Shown: positions 40,705-54,535, numbered from the whole stretch's first letter. The stretch is 63,982 bases of DNA, filler included, from Bigelowiella natans CCMP2755 (GCA_000320545.1; 4 parts of 4 records of this genome joined end to end with filler, not necessarily neighbours in it), one strand, 5' to 3'. The notes: a model not told the origin generated them from the letters alone. Translations and numbers: made by a program.

Positions 40705-41526
40705 GAAAATGAGGATCATGTTGCTGACATCATTGATTGATACTAAAATATTAGCAATGACTGGCACATCGCTCCATGTTTGTTTACCTTGATCACTATC
40801 GTACAGAAGTACATCGTGCACAGTCTAGCAGTGTAGTAGAGTACTCATAAAAATCGATGTAATGCCCTATTAAATTGATCTATTCTGCAGCACTTTGTCA
40901 TTGTGTGCGGATCGCGTGCGGTCGTGCCGTAGAAGATCGGCAATCGAGAGTGCGCATCGAGCTGAAATGTGCCCATCGTCACACACATCATCATGCTCTA
41001 ATATGCTCTGTGTTGCAACAACAATTGCATTGTAATGATGGCTGTCGATCTTTAGATCCGGGCGCACGCTAGCACGCGCACGCGCGCATGCTGCTAGGCA
41101 CATGCGATGCATACTAGCATGTGTCTAGCTAGTAGCAGTGTGCTTGCGCGATGTCGCGCGCGCTAGCGCGATCGATGCTGCGAGATGTTATGTTTGCTAT
41201 AGGTTGCCGTCTGAAGACTGTACAATACATAGCTCAACACTGTTAGACATGGTAATCACAACTAAACGTACATGCAGTACACGTCCTAGCTCTAGAGCTT
41301 TATGTATATACGATACCTTCGAGCGCGCAGCTGCTTTGCATTGTTGCGAGGCACTACAATGATGGAGCCCACATGGCTTGTTCATGTGCATTTATGTAGC
41401 TACACTAAATTATAGCTTCGCGCAGCGTAAATATAACAATCTCCGTGAGAACGTGATTTGGTCTCCACGCAGAGATGTCCGAACACCATATAGTGCTTCG
41501 AACCTTAAAACGTTATCACTACAACT

Positions 41527-43011
41527 TCAATTTACTGTCCTCTCTTTCAAGAATGGATGTGTGCTTTGTATGTCCAGCCATCTAAGAATTATCGCACATT
41601 CGACTCCCCGCTCCCATGCAAACCCGAACTGATGCACTCCCGATTCACTGTCATCCTCCACCTGTACGAGACTCCCTGCACTCCAAGACGGACGATGGAA
41701 ATTTGGATACGCTAAAGTCCCCCAGCCATGAAAGAAACGCTTAACCTTGAGAACCTTTTTGCTCTCACGGTTTCGAATTGTTTCTCCCACCGCACGTGTG
41801 AACTGCAGGAGGGGATGTACTAATGCTACGAATGTCTCATTCCCCAAAGGTACATGTATGTCGCCGGTCACTTTTTTGCCAACCACGAATATTATTTCCT
41901 TGACAGTCGCGTTTCCCATCCCATCGATAGATTGTTGTATTTCCTTCACTATTGAATTCCCACGCCCTGCAAATATTGTCTTACCTATATCGTCCCACAC
42001 ACGAGTACGCTCGTTTGTATTATGCAACGGAAATCTACGATATTCAATTAGTAGAATTTCGTGACGAAATTGGCCATAATGTTCCCCGTATGTCCCAGAG
42101 TATAATCCAGGCCTTATGATAGGCATATCAGCTGTGTACACTAGCTCAGATGTGCGCGTTGGACCGTCAACCCATTGAAATCGAAGCTCCTTCCCTTGGT
42201 ATTTTGATGCTGAAGAACTGCTCTTGCAGACCAACTCGAGTACCATTTTCCGTATATCTGGGGATTCATTCCAGTTTGGATTCCAGGGAAACCATAGTGA
42301 ATTAGGTAGATCGTCTACATTTTCACGGCCATCATCTCCTGTAAGATTGTCTAGTGAATCTTCCTTATGCTCCTCAGCGGTGCTAATACATGTCAGGGTC
42401 ATTGTCTCAACCGGGAATGCGGGAATACGCCCGAAAACTGTGGGAAAGATGTCGTTTGCAAGGATTGGAGATATAGATGTTCTGCCTATCCTATTTTGGC
42501 GGTTCTCTTTCGATTCAAATGTGACCCGAAATTTAAGGTTTGATCCTTCAAGTGAAGCGACACTCTTATCAACACAGCTCACATTGAATAAACGGTAGCA
42601 ATCCTGTTTTTGTTTTTCTTCGTTATATCTGACTACATCACACACAAAATTTCCGTCAAGAATTCTCATCAAGAACAGAATTCCCCAGGGATATGCATCT
42701 AAAAGGACATAGAAGCCTTCACGTGGCACCCAATGTTGTAATGTTGCGTACAGAGATTTCCAGGAGCTCATTTTGGGCCATTGGGTTAGGTGTTGCTCGG
42801 TAACTTTCCAACTTTGAATACATAACGGTTTCCATACACCACTCGTACAATTGAAGTGCTCCTTGTATATTTTCTTCGAAAGCATTGCTAACCTCAAGAC
42901 TTCACGCAGGTCATTGGTAACAAAGCTTATTATAAATGCTAATAAATCATGCGGAAGTTTATCAAGCTTTCCGCCCTTAGGTGTCAATGTACATGATTCC
43001 TCGATCTCCAT
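41527..43011 (-). CDS. F-box protein, FBXO31-like (DUF3506/cyclin D1-binding domain), intronless
   Basis: 494-aa ORF with an N-terminal F-box (LDKLPHDLLAFIISFV...LRLAMLSK). C-terminal PGLYSGTYG, GKKVTGDIHVPLG, GWGTLAYPNF and FGFAW resemble FBXO31/DUF3506. Confidence 0.75.
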   Translation of the reverse strand: MEIEESCTLTPKGGKLDKLPHDLLAFIISFVTNDLREVLRLAMLSKKIYKEHFNCTSGVWKPLCIQSWKVTEQHLTQWPKMSSWKSLYATLQHWVPREGFYVLLDAYPWGILFLMRILDGNFVCDVVRYNEEKQKQDCYRLFNVSCVDKSVASLEGSNLKFRVTFESKENRQNRIGRTSISPILANDIFPTVFGRIPAFPVETMTLTCISTAEEHKEDSLDNLTGDDGRENVDDLPNSLWFPWNPNWNESPDIRKMVLELVCKSSSSASKYQGKELRFQWVDGPTRTSELVYTADMPIIRPGLYSGTYGEHYGQFRHEILLIEYRRFPLHNTNERTRVWDDIGKTIFAGRGNSIVKEIQQSIDGMGNATVKEIIFVVGKKVTGDIHVPLGNETFVALVHPLLQFTRAVGETIRNRESKKVLKVKRFFHGWGTLAYPNFHRPSWSAGSLVQVEDDSESGVHQFGFAWERGVECAIILRWLDIQSTHPFLKERTVN

Positions 43012-43577
43012 GATGGCCCAAAGCTAGCTCATCCTCCTCCTCCTCCTCCTCCTCCTGTTGTTGTAGTGGAGGATACGTTCCCAGTGTGATGAGTACGAAG
43101 TTCCTAGCCAGGCTATTTAGTATATAAAAGGAACCAAATACATCGTATCCTTAATGATGATCAACTCACTTTCTCTTCACAGAGAAGAGGAATGGATTTT
43201 ACTAGTACCTTAGTTTTCTTAAGATACTCATGTGTGTTTTTCTTTCCTTATACATCCATAGCAACAACAACAACATTAGCAACATCATCAGCAACAAGAA
43301 CAACTACTACAACAACACCACAACTACAACCAATAACAAACCGCCTTACGGCAATAATAACAACCGGCAACAACTGTAACTAATTTAAGTTCCTGAGACT
43401 ATTTGGTAAAAAATGTGTCCCTACTATTTGATCTTAATAATGAACTAGAAACAACAACAACAGCAACAATCATGATGATATTGTTCCTACTCGTCCTCTC
43501 CTGCTCACACATCAATCGTCAACGCCATTGCATACCTCTCCAACGCGTTGGTACGAGTATCGCAACTCTAAAAAAAA

Positions 43578-44153
43578 ATGGACCCTTCAAAATTTGTCAT
43601 ACCGACTGGTGGGGGCGAGGGGGCTTACTATTGCGTCAAGTACATCGCGGAACGAAAAATTAATCACAGTTCCGTGACTCTGCTGTCGATATCTGATGAC
43701 TTGACCAAGTACAACAAAACATCAAGCAGACGAAAAGCTGAAGAGAGAATCCAGAGACAATTGCAATCGCAACTAAAATGTATGGAATATTGTAAAGCAA
43801 ATAAGGTACCTACACGATTCTATGTGGAGAGATGGAGCAGTGACTAACCTAACCATCATTCAGTTATCGTGCAAAGTTGATTCAGTGACGTCGTATATTC
43901 CATCCGACGGCAAGACATCATCGGAACGCGTTGCCTCAGAGGTTTGTGAATATGCAACCAAAAACAACATCGGTAACATAATGTCTGGCTCAAGAAACTT
44001 GACAGGACTAAAGAGGTAAAAGTACCTAAGTTCAAGCGTCAAGGATCAAACATTCATTATTGTATGTTCAGATGGGTTGTCGGCTCCATAGGAATGATCC
44101 TACATCGGGACTGTGATAAATGCACCTTTATTCAAGTACGAAATCCAAAATAG
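43578..44153 (+). CDS. Universal stress protein (USP-A-like), 3 exons
   Basis: MDPSKFVIPTGGGEGAYYCVKY...CKANK|LSCKV...VASEVCEYATKNNIGNIMSGSRNLTGLKR|WVVGSIG...CDKCTFIQVRNPK* carries the USP GSR..GLKR..GS motif. Confidence 0.75.
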
Positions 44154-45222
44154 CTTTCAAGGCAAGATCGTGATGCCTCAGGAAGGTTGTCAGAGACACT
44201 TCTTAGGTGCTCTAGGCTACGTGTTAATTGCATTCAACGCTCGACAAGTAAATCGCTGCACAGGCACATAACCGCTGAACATGCACATAACCGCTGAACA
44301 TGCACACAAGGTACGTGCTTATATCATGGATTTGTTATAGAATGTATGCACACATGTATTGTGCACACATATATACGTGTCTAGATGTGCACATGCTGTC
44401 GTGCACAGTTATTACTTGATTAGTGTGCGACGTTCTGTCGCCATATATTTGTCATCCAGCCTATGACAGTATGATGGCTGCATATAAACACATGCAGCAA
44501 ATGTAGCACACGATTTGTAAGTGATATTCAGCAAAATGATGCTCATGTACATGTGTACTAGTAGTGTACGTTATTGCTGCATACTCTAGCACTGGCGCCG
44601 CGCGGCGGCGCTATATGCTACGTACTCTCTAGCTAGAGGCTAGCAGACATGCATCACGACCGTTTAATATCTGTCTAGAATGTCTCACAAGCACATTGGG
44701 TAGTCCCAGCAATGGGCTACGCTTTTAGTTACTTAATCGAATTTAATTATTTGCGGCGCTCATCGCTAGCTCATATATGGCGGCGCGTGCACGCGCGCGC
44801 GGCACATGCATGGGTGAATGCATTACTGCTAGATTGTACCCGAGGTGTACTAGTTAGCTAGCTTATGCGTACGCATGTGAATGCATCACATTGTCATGTT
44901 GCAAAATGGTGGTATGCAAGCAACATCTATGCCAAATATGATAAGCTTATGCGTTGGCAAGTCATTAAGTCTAGCTCGCTAGGTCAGTCGCATACGCATG
45001 CATTCAGAAGATTCTTGTACAGAAAGTATATTTCAATAGGATAATAATAGGTGCAGCCTCTACTCTGTACTAGTGTAGTCGATGACTGCGATTGGATACG
45101 ATACAACTAAGATGTGCAATTTGAAGCCATTCATGCAGCAGATGACAATGTAATAGCACTGCGATAGCAGGTTGACCAGAGAAGCTCGCCATTTATCATT
45201 TCGATGCTGCAGTTGAGCAAAA

Positions 45223-45529
45223 TCATCCGACAACCTCGTCATCTATGTCCTCTTCGTCCTCACCTTCCTTTGAGGGTTTATAATGTTCTAATCGTACAAG
45301 CGTTTGCCTACTTATCGGCTGTCGGCAAAGTGGACATTCGGCTTTCCGATCACAGCACGATAAAATACACCTGAAAGATGGTATACAACTAAAAGTTAGT
45401 AAGAGGGGATCATGCGCGCGCGCGCATACACACACACACACGCACACACACACACACACACACAAATATTATTGTAAAATCATGCATATATGTATCAGTA
45501 AAATGTTTCACACACACACACACACACAA

Positions 45530-45574
<45 letters not shown>

Positions 45575-46791
45575 CCACATCAAAATATATTCACGTTTCA
45601 TCGTGTATTGTTGAAAAATTGTCAATACTCCTCATAACTACACCGACCCCCAACAGAATAGGTGCCCACACTCGGTAGCTGTCGTATTGCGTCTGCGCCC
45701 AAAGCAGAATACGCATTTAGGCTCATCCTTTTCATCGAAGTCGCTTTCATCGTCTTCATCCTTTGTACCATCAGCTTTTCCAAGTATTGTGGTCGTTTCT
45801 GTCCCCATTTCTGTCCCCGTATTAACTGCAGTATTTGATGATGACGACGATTGCGACGTTCGCAGTAGGGTGCGCAGTCTTTCTGTGGTGAAGAGTAGCA
45901 GTGAGCCTGTCAGTTGAATCCCGAGGAGAAATCCAAGCACCTGTGTTACATTTATGATTATGATTGTGCTATTACTGACCCCGAATAGCAGGAGGAGGAG
46001 GAGGAGACGGATGCAATAGTACTACATACAACCTGATAACCCACTTGACCCCGTTGATTGCGCTGAAGGTATAGATACTGCACACCACAGAGCATCTTGG
46101 ACACTTCCAGGTAGCGCCCGAAGAGGTAGAAGAGGGCTGTGTGGAGGTCGCGAATAGAGTCGAGGTACGGATACACAGTCCGAAGTGAGGAAACGAACCA
46201 AGTGTATAGTACCGTCCGTAGGCCTCGCCGCCGTCTAACAGGACTATCATACTGATGACCCTCGCCGTCTTCTTCCTCATCAGCAGGCAACATACGAATT
46301 TCCGAAGAGATACGGCGAAACATGTAAGGGGTTAAGCATTGGAGGGCGACAAGACACAGCCGACGCATGCTGGAAGGTGGTCTTCTACTTCCATCAATCT
46401 GAACGGGACAATGGCAAAAATAAGAAGGATTCACTTGGGTGGTTGTACTATTGATGATGATGGCCAATTTCCTGCAACCTGCATAATGTCGCAGTATTCT
46501 TCTCCCAATGTTTGCTTCCCAAGGAGTGTGGTAAGTCCAAAGTAACAACAATAGGCAACCATACGTACTTCGTCCTAAAATGGTTCATAAGACATTAAGA
46601 TTTGTCAATTACATGCGGATGCTTGTGCTGGTACGTACCTCAACCCTCGCGGCGTGCCTACCAAGGATATCTGCGCTAAGTTTATCCAATCTTTGATGCA
46701 AATAAGACAAATAATATTGGTCTTTTTGCAAAGAACGGAGGATGTGAGCCTGGGGAGCTTGCTCAAAACCTGTGTAAGAAGGGGTGCTCAT
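45223..46791 (-). CDS. PEX10: Peroxin-10 RING-finger peroxisome biogenesis factor, ~5 exons
   Basis: N-terminal A....ILRSLQKDQYY, TLLGKQTLGEEYCDIMQ, LHTALFYLFGRYLEVSK. C-terminal RING CVFCFGRRRNTTATECGHLFCW|.CILSCCDRKAECPLCRQ. Confidence 0.92.
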
Positions 46792-47177
46792 AACTCAGTT
46801 ACTGAAGGATTCTCAGTTTAGAGTTATACCATTCATCTCACCAGTATTCATTGGGATTTGAGCATGGAGACCAGGTTGGTGATGAGCTGGGGTTTCTTGG
46901 TTCCGCGGAGCGGTAGATTGCGGGTCTTGCTGCATGGAGAGGTTTCCTCGAATTTCCTGAAGCCACCCGTTTGTAATTACTTTAACATTGTTATATCTTC
47001 TTCATTTGTAGGGCTCCTGAGCAAGCTGTGTTTTTTTAATTTGTTGTTTCTCCTCCTTGGTCTTCCCTTCCCTGCTGTGACGTGTCGTGTCGTAGATGCC
47101 TGTTCCTTTGTTTCTCCCCCCTCTTACGTGTCTGCTAGTTGGGACTATGACCCTGTTTCTCCTTCCTCCTCCTCCTC

Positions 47178-47311
<134 letters not shown>

Positions 47312-47460
47312 AGCTGCTGCTGCTGTTGTTGTTACTAAGTCTAGAAATCCATGCAAATTGTTGCTTAAATTTCATGGGATTTCTGAGTTTCGCAATGTCC
47401 ATTGTTATGATGAGACAACAAGATCCAGTGTGAAAATAATAATACTCGTAGTTCGCTTAG

Positions 47461-47818
47461 TAATAATCGGTCAACAAACACAGCAGCAGCTGGGAACTCA
47501 AGTAATCATCATCATCTAATAATCGGTTAATATTATTAATAATAACAATAATATTCGGTCAACAAACACAGCAGCAGCTGGGAACTCAAATAATCATCAT
47601 CATCTAATAATCGGTTAATATTATTAATAATAACAATAATATTCGGTCAACAAACACAGCAGCAGCTGGGAACTCAAATAATCATCATCATCTAATAATC
47701 GGTTAATATTATTAATAATAACAATAATATTCGGTCAACAAACACAGCAGCAGCTGGGAACTCAAATAATCATCATCATCATCATCATCATAATAATAAT
47801 AATCGGTCAACAAACACA
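47461..47818. repeat. 88-bp tandem repeat, 3 full units plus a shortened fourth and a partial fifth
   Basis: CGGTCAACAAACACA starts at 47468, 47556, 47644, 47732 and 47804; the first four continue GCAGCAGCTGGGAACTCAA. Confidence 0.95.
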
Positions 47819-47951
47819 CTCCTCCTCCTCCTCCCTGTACTCCTCAATTCAACAGCACCCTACCACAACATCGCATCGTTGCATCGGTGCACGACCTGTT
47901 TTTTAAAGGACGAAGACACGGTGGCCGTTGCTACATGCTTTGGCCATTCTG

Positions 47952-49223
47952 ATGATAATCATGGCTTCTTCTTCTTCCCGGGTAGCTTCGAGTTGAATCA
48001 TGTCCCATGTGCAACACACACAACCAGATTACATGGAGTATCTATCAACCGATCCATCGTCGTTCCTACCTATCCTACATCTATCTACCTTCTATGATTT
48101 GAATCCGTTTTATGTAATTCAGGCATTCATTGCTCTCGGGTGTACATTATGCATCCTGCTTTTCTCCTTCAACGCCCGACACAACAATTTTTTCTCACAT
48201 AATCTCGCTAGATCCTTGCGTCAGCAGGGTAGGCAACAACAGAGACCCCTCCTTTGCACAAGCAAGTATAAGTATAAATACACTAGCCGAGACACGGAAA
48301 GAGGTTTTCTACGACGGCGCTGCATGCAAGAAGAGCAGAAAATATGGGGCCAATCTGCTGAACTAAGTATGTCCCCGGAAGATATCCGCAAGCACCTATG
48401 GGAATCAACTGATCTTTGGAACACAAGCATACACGCTGTGATGAAGTGCGGTGAGGGACCTGCGCAATTTAGGCTGGTTTATATGCCAATGCGTAATCGA
48501 ATTGAGGTTGCAAGACTCATGCTTGAAGATTCTCACTGTCCATATGAGCTTGAGCTGGTGGGGTTTCGAAAATGGAACGACCTTAAACTGAAAATGCTAT
48601 TGGGTAAGGTCCCTGTGCTTCGGAATTTCGACGGGCGTGGGAATGATCTGTCTAATGAGATCGCGATAACACAGTTTTTAGCAACGAAACTCGGCCTCAC
48701 AGGCAATTCCGACGAAGAAGCCGCTGTAGCTAACATGCTGTATACACAGTTCTTTTGCACCCTGCGGAACAATGGACTCAGTCATGATGGAGACCATTAC
48801 TCAGTCACAAGCCTAGTAGCGGCAAAAATCAACGAAGTTGACCTTTCATTACGACGAAGGTACCAAGAAATGCACCGAGTGAACGACTGGACACGACCAG
48901 AACGAAGTCTTGCCGCTCTGGGCGTGTTTGAGGAGCAACTTGTCAAAACTGGAACTGGATTTCTAGTAGGAAATACAATTACTTACGTGGATCTTGCCCT
49001 GTTCAATATTTTGTTTGAGCTTGCTGAGCCAGAAAATGTGCCAGATTTTTCCACAAGGTGGAATTTTCCAGCTTTAGGCAATTTTCTAAAGAGGTTGGAA
49101 CAACGACCAGGAATTCATTCCTATGTTCGATCTGCTCGAAGGATTCCTAGGTACGAACGTCCAGGATACGTCTACTGTGAAGGTAAGCATTGTTCTCGTC
49201 AACTAGAAGACAGCAGTCGGTGA
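47952..49223 (+). CDS. Glutathione S-transferase (sigma-like fold) with N-terminal signal/transit-like extension
   Basis: ORF 48000-49223 has FRLVYMPMRNRIEVARLMLE, GKVPVL, IAITQFLA.KLGL.G and FLVGNTITYVDLALF. Likely exon 1 MIIMASSSSR (47952-47981) splices to 48123 AFIALGCTLCILLFSF (hydrophobic), followed by an R/Q/S-rich leader. Confidence 0.85.
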
Positions 49224-50250
49224 CTGTGTACAATGTATTAATGGAGACGACTGTGTTAATAACACTAAGATAGCTAATAAGTTCGTACATGAATTTACTA
49301 GTGCGTGATGAGGCCGGCACGAGAGAGAAGACAGAGCATTAGAAAAGATGGTCAGATTCTGCGTAATGAGCACGCAAAATTAAACTCTGAAGGGTTTGCC
49401 TCATCATAGAATCTATCATGCTATGATACATTTGAATGCGGGCGTTCAACTTTGAGAAAAACTCACAATGATACACACGTACAGCATACACGCTACGCAT
49501 ACTAACAATCTAGCAATGATGACTGCGCACAAACCATCTAGCCATATGTCGTTTGTGGACTAATTTGTGCTAGCAGACTACAGATGTACGCATTTCACAT
49601 GCGATGCTAGCATAGCATCTAGCTGGCGTCGACATGTCCAATGATTTGAAGATTTGAAGTGCGTTCTATGGAAATCAACACTGTTCTGTATGCAGAATAA
49701 ACCAGACACAGCATCGACCATCTAGCCATACCAGCCAGCCACATGCGCAATGATTACAATGCGTGGACGTTAGAAGAAGCAAATTTTGATGACTGCGGAG
49801 TGCTGAGCCTTGCCATATTAGCATGCGAACAATTAAAGTGTACGCGACATCTCATGCTAGTTGCCACAGGCGTCGCGCACCGAAGAACAACACGCTGGCC
49901 TTGCGTGCGTGTCCCGCCAGCGACGCATGCATCACTAGAGTACATGCAACAAACAGATTGTTCACGAAGATCTTTGTCGAACAAACTATGGATGATTTTG
50001 GTCAGCTGTGCAAGTTAAGTGTTCTTGTGTTTCCACAGCGTGCTGTAAAATCCACGTGCATGGCGTGCGTGGTAAGAAATGTTGATCATAATAAATATTT
50101 GCGCTTTTGCGAACACACTAGCTAGCTAGACATAATGTGCTATGGTAGTTAGTCTAATTGTGTTGTTACAAGAATTACATGGTTGTAAATGCAATACACT
50201 TAGCATTTGTATGTCTACATAATATCATCATTGCATGTGGATCATTATGA

Positions 50251-51224
50251 TTAAGTGAGATTCTGGATGATAAACTGAAGACTGGAAAGATTTTTCTGCT
50301 GCTCTTGTTCCAATAAAGCTATGAGATTCTCAGCTTCAGAGCGCGATCGCAGCAGCTGAGTTTTCATCCTGATGAACAAAGATAACATTATCAATTAGAA
50401 AAATAGAAAAGAAAAGTTATTCGCTGATGCAACTGCTTCCTACTACTGTACACTAGAGCCTATTTTCTTTTTTGGCATTCTCCTTTCTGTTCTTTCATCG
50501 ATTTAAAATGTTTCTCGAAAATAGGATGCCGACCTTACAGCACGCTCGCGCCATTGGTTTTCACTAAGTGTCGTAATAACGAGATGATTTAATAAGCACG
50601 ATTGTATGAGAACAACAGCTATATGAATATACGTCCTATCGATTTGAACTTTCGGAATTTCGGTGTCTAAATAAATTCTTGTCTAGCCAAATTCTTGCGT
50701 TGAATTTGCCATGATAACGAAGAATTTGTGTTATGGTTAATGTCGATGCTAAGGCCGCATCTTTTACGATAATCGATGAAAATAACATCACCATCTTCCT
50801 ACTATTACTACTACTACTACTACTACAACTACCACAAGTACGATGTTCAAAATGATAGATACAAGCGGAGTTGATAAATATGACCGAAGACCCTGCTTCT
50901 CTCCTCTTTTTACATGCGCACTACTCGCAGTACACAAGAAGCATCATGTGCTTACAGCTCCTACCTGATCTTGGTTTGTCGCAACAGCACTTCGAGTTCC
51001 CGTTTGGATTTAACTAAAGCTTCCCACCTTGCTTTGTGCAAATTTAAATGCACAATTTCGGTACGAACCTAATAGCAAGATTAGATTTGACGATGTGAGG
51101 ATGATGATCACGATGACGATGATAATAATGGTAATAGTGAGGAATTTGACAATGAATGAGATGATTAGGCAAAATTATTACTTTTTCCAAGCATAGACCT
51201 CATCATTGCGCTACACACGCACAC

Positions 51225-51265
<41 letters not shown>

Positions 51266-51389
51266 AAACATATTTTTCGACCTTTTCGGCGCGGCGGAGC
51301 AAAGAAATGAACTCCATCTGGGCGATGAGCTTTGCTCGCTAAAAGTAATCATAACAATTATAATGACACTACTAAATAGGCATGGGTGG

Positions 51390-51430
<41 letters not shown>

Positions 51431-51933
51431 ACAAGTACATAAATATTCTGGGTATGCCTACTTACAGTTATTCATATATTGTATTCGTGGTAATAGTGAT
51501 GAGAAGGAGATTGAGGGTGACGATGATGATCGTAGATTAGTTAGCATAGATTAGCTTAAGATACTTTCTCCAAATCTGCAAAATCGGTTTCCCTGCCCAC
51601 CTCCTGTTGTAACTCATGCATGCGTGCCTATATAGGTTGCCAATGACGGATAAGAAGGATGGGGAGGAGATGAATCAATGTTCATTGTTTTGCACGATGT
51701 ACAGAAGCAGAAGTAGAGGACAACATTATTCAAGTAATACATGGTTTCCGTTTTTTTAAGATTTTTGATCTTATCAACAAGTTAAATGGTGAGGATGGAT
51801 CAGCAACTAACCTCAGTGCCTCCAAGCTTCTGTTTCAGCTCATGAACATCAGCATTAAATCTCTCGATTTCTTCTACGGCTGTCTGGAGCTATTAATATG
51901 ATGTGCGTCGTATGATTAGTGCCAGTATATCGA

Positions 51934-51969
<36 letters not shown>

Positions 51970-52997
51970 ACTACTCATGGGCATGATTCAAGAAATATGA
52001 TTGAATGTAAGTGATATTTGAGTAAACGCGTCGTCACAATCTTGATAAGATACACACTATCATCACCAAACCATCACCCGTTTGACAATGCAAACCATAA
52101 ACAGCTAACATTCAAGATAGCCATATTATCGACCAAGCAATGCACGATTTTGATTCTACCTTTTCGTTAAGATGTTTATTGTCTTCGTTTGATGCAGCAA
52201 GCCGTGCGTCCAAAACCTAAAGAGAGATGATGATACACGACAACAGATAGAATAGATAAGGAAAAAAAACGGAGAACAGAGAATAGATTAGAGAATTGAA
52301 GCACAGACTCAAAAAGATGAAGAATAGAATAAGGGAAACAAAAGTGTGGTTTTCTCTTTAGCAGCAGGCAGCTTACCTCTTTTCTCTGCGTGTAGGTGAT
52401 GATGGTGGCATTCATCTGCTTGAATTTGTGCTCGTATTTGATAATCTTGGTTCGTTGTGCGCTACACTGCTCCTGAAATCACAAATCACGTCGGAGAAGA
52501 TAATAATAATTAGAAACAACTTGATGGATTGACTGATTGACTGAGTGACCGACGACTGAATGAGTGATGATCATCATCAGCACCTCTAGTCTCATTTTTT
52601 TGGCTCTTAACGCACGCCATCGACTACGTTCGAATTCTGTGTCTCCTGAGATCGATCAATATTGTAAAAAACAAATACGAATAACAACAAGGAGGAAGAG
52701 AAGAACAAAAGGGGAATGAGAACCTTGAATCATTACCACCACCATCACATCACTACTCTGCTGCTACTACTACTACTACTACTACTACTACCAAAAAACA
52801 ACAATAACAAAACAACAACTATAATAGTGAGGCCTAGTTACCCACCTATTCTACAATAAGAATTGATAGTAGGGTACTACATGTAAGGGGGTAGGGTGTT
52901 AGAGTGGTAGTAGTGCCATTTGATCATATTATGTGCTTTCGTTTGAGATAGAGATATCACTCATTTACTACTAGTACTACTACTACTATACTCTCTC

Positions 52998-53037
<40 letters not shown>

Positions 53038-53096
53038 TGACATCTCGATCTATGCAATCATCTTTGCAATTAATCTGCTGTTGTATAGGCAAGGTG

Positions 53097-53144
<48 letters not shown>

Positions 53145-54126
53145 ACCACCTTTCTGTTTAAATAGAAGAGTTTCTGTTTCCATTTCTTTGATTCTTAGCT
53201 CTATCTGTTGGACGCTGCGGTGATGCTGCTGTCTAGAGAAAGATTCACCATCAGCTACTGACCCCCCCCCTCCCCCTCCTCTTCCTCCTCCTCGTTGTCG
53301 CATTACTTGTCCTATTTTATATTAATAAGAATAATAACGATGATAAATTCTGCAGAGTTTGGTTTGCAGCACATCATAAGCTACTACTCCTACTACTGCT
53401 GCTATTGGTGCCATTCTCCCCCTCCTCCTCCTCTTACTACAACAACAACTACTACTACTATTACTACTACCTTGAATTTCTTCTCTTCTTAGTGTACCAC
53501 CACCATCAGCACCATTCCTAATATCCATTCCCCCTCCCTCATTTATTCTTCTGAGCTTTTCACGAAGAATACGATTCTCGTTCAGGAGGTGGAGCTGCTG
53601 CTGCTGCTGCTTAATCCTTTTATTTCCAACAATGGAGGAGACAACAGCATCTTCATCATCACCATCATCATTGTCATCATCATCATCATCATCTTCCTGC
53701 ATTTGTAGTAGTAGTTTCCCCTCTCCCTTTTCCTCGTTCTCCTTCGTCGCAAGCTCAATGATAGAGGGAAGTAGTTGACGACGACGATTGCTGGAGAACG
53801 TAGACGTGTGATAATAACGACGATTTCTTGTTGCTGTCCTATCTTCCTCTTCTTCTTTTTCTCCTAACCACGATGATTCCCCGTCTCCCCTCCCCTTCCT
53901 TCTCCTCCTCCTGGCCACAATTGCCAATTCATGGCTTTTCAAGATACTTTCAGTAACCTATGATGATAGTGATAATGCTCATGGATGAAGAAGAAGAAGA
54001 AGAAGCTGGTAACTATACATGCTAATACAATAGTTGTTGTGTTCCTTGTTCGTAAAGCAGTAGCACCACCAGCGTCTATCTGTCGCCGCGGTGATGATAA
54101 CGATGTAAAACCATTTTACTTCTCAA

Positions 54127-54165
<39 letters not shown>

Positions 54166-54478
54166 TACTACTATTAGTAGCACTACCTGGATTTCAAGGA
54201 CAAGTCGATCTAGCACCTGGCGTGCTTGCTCTACTTCCTCTATGATACTCGTCATTGAGAGAAGAGAGGAGGATGAAGGAAAGAAAGAAGAGGTAGTGCC
54301 AGGAGGAGAAGAGGAGGAGAGATTCGGTGTAGTAGTAGTAGTAGTTGTAGTAGTAGTAGTAGTTGTCTTCTTCCTCGAACAACCCCCTAATATGTTGTAG
54401 TAGTAGTAGTAGCAGTAGCAGATGGAGAAGCGTGTGATGATAGCATGCATGCGTGGTGATGACCAAAATCTACTACTA

Positions 54479-54535
<57 letters not shown>

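Noticed and set aside
47461-47818. 88-bp array as CRISPR
   Set aside because: The sequence between the conserved cores is also identical, so it is a plain tandem repeat.
49743-50125. Short Cys/Ala/His-rich ORFs in palindrome-rich tracts (also 8227-8467, 40870-41391)
   Set aside because: Composition follows from the TGCA/CATG/GCGC bias; no splice structure or domain motifs.
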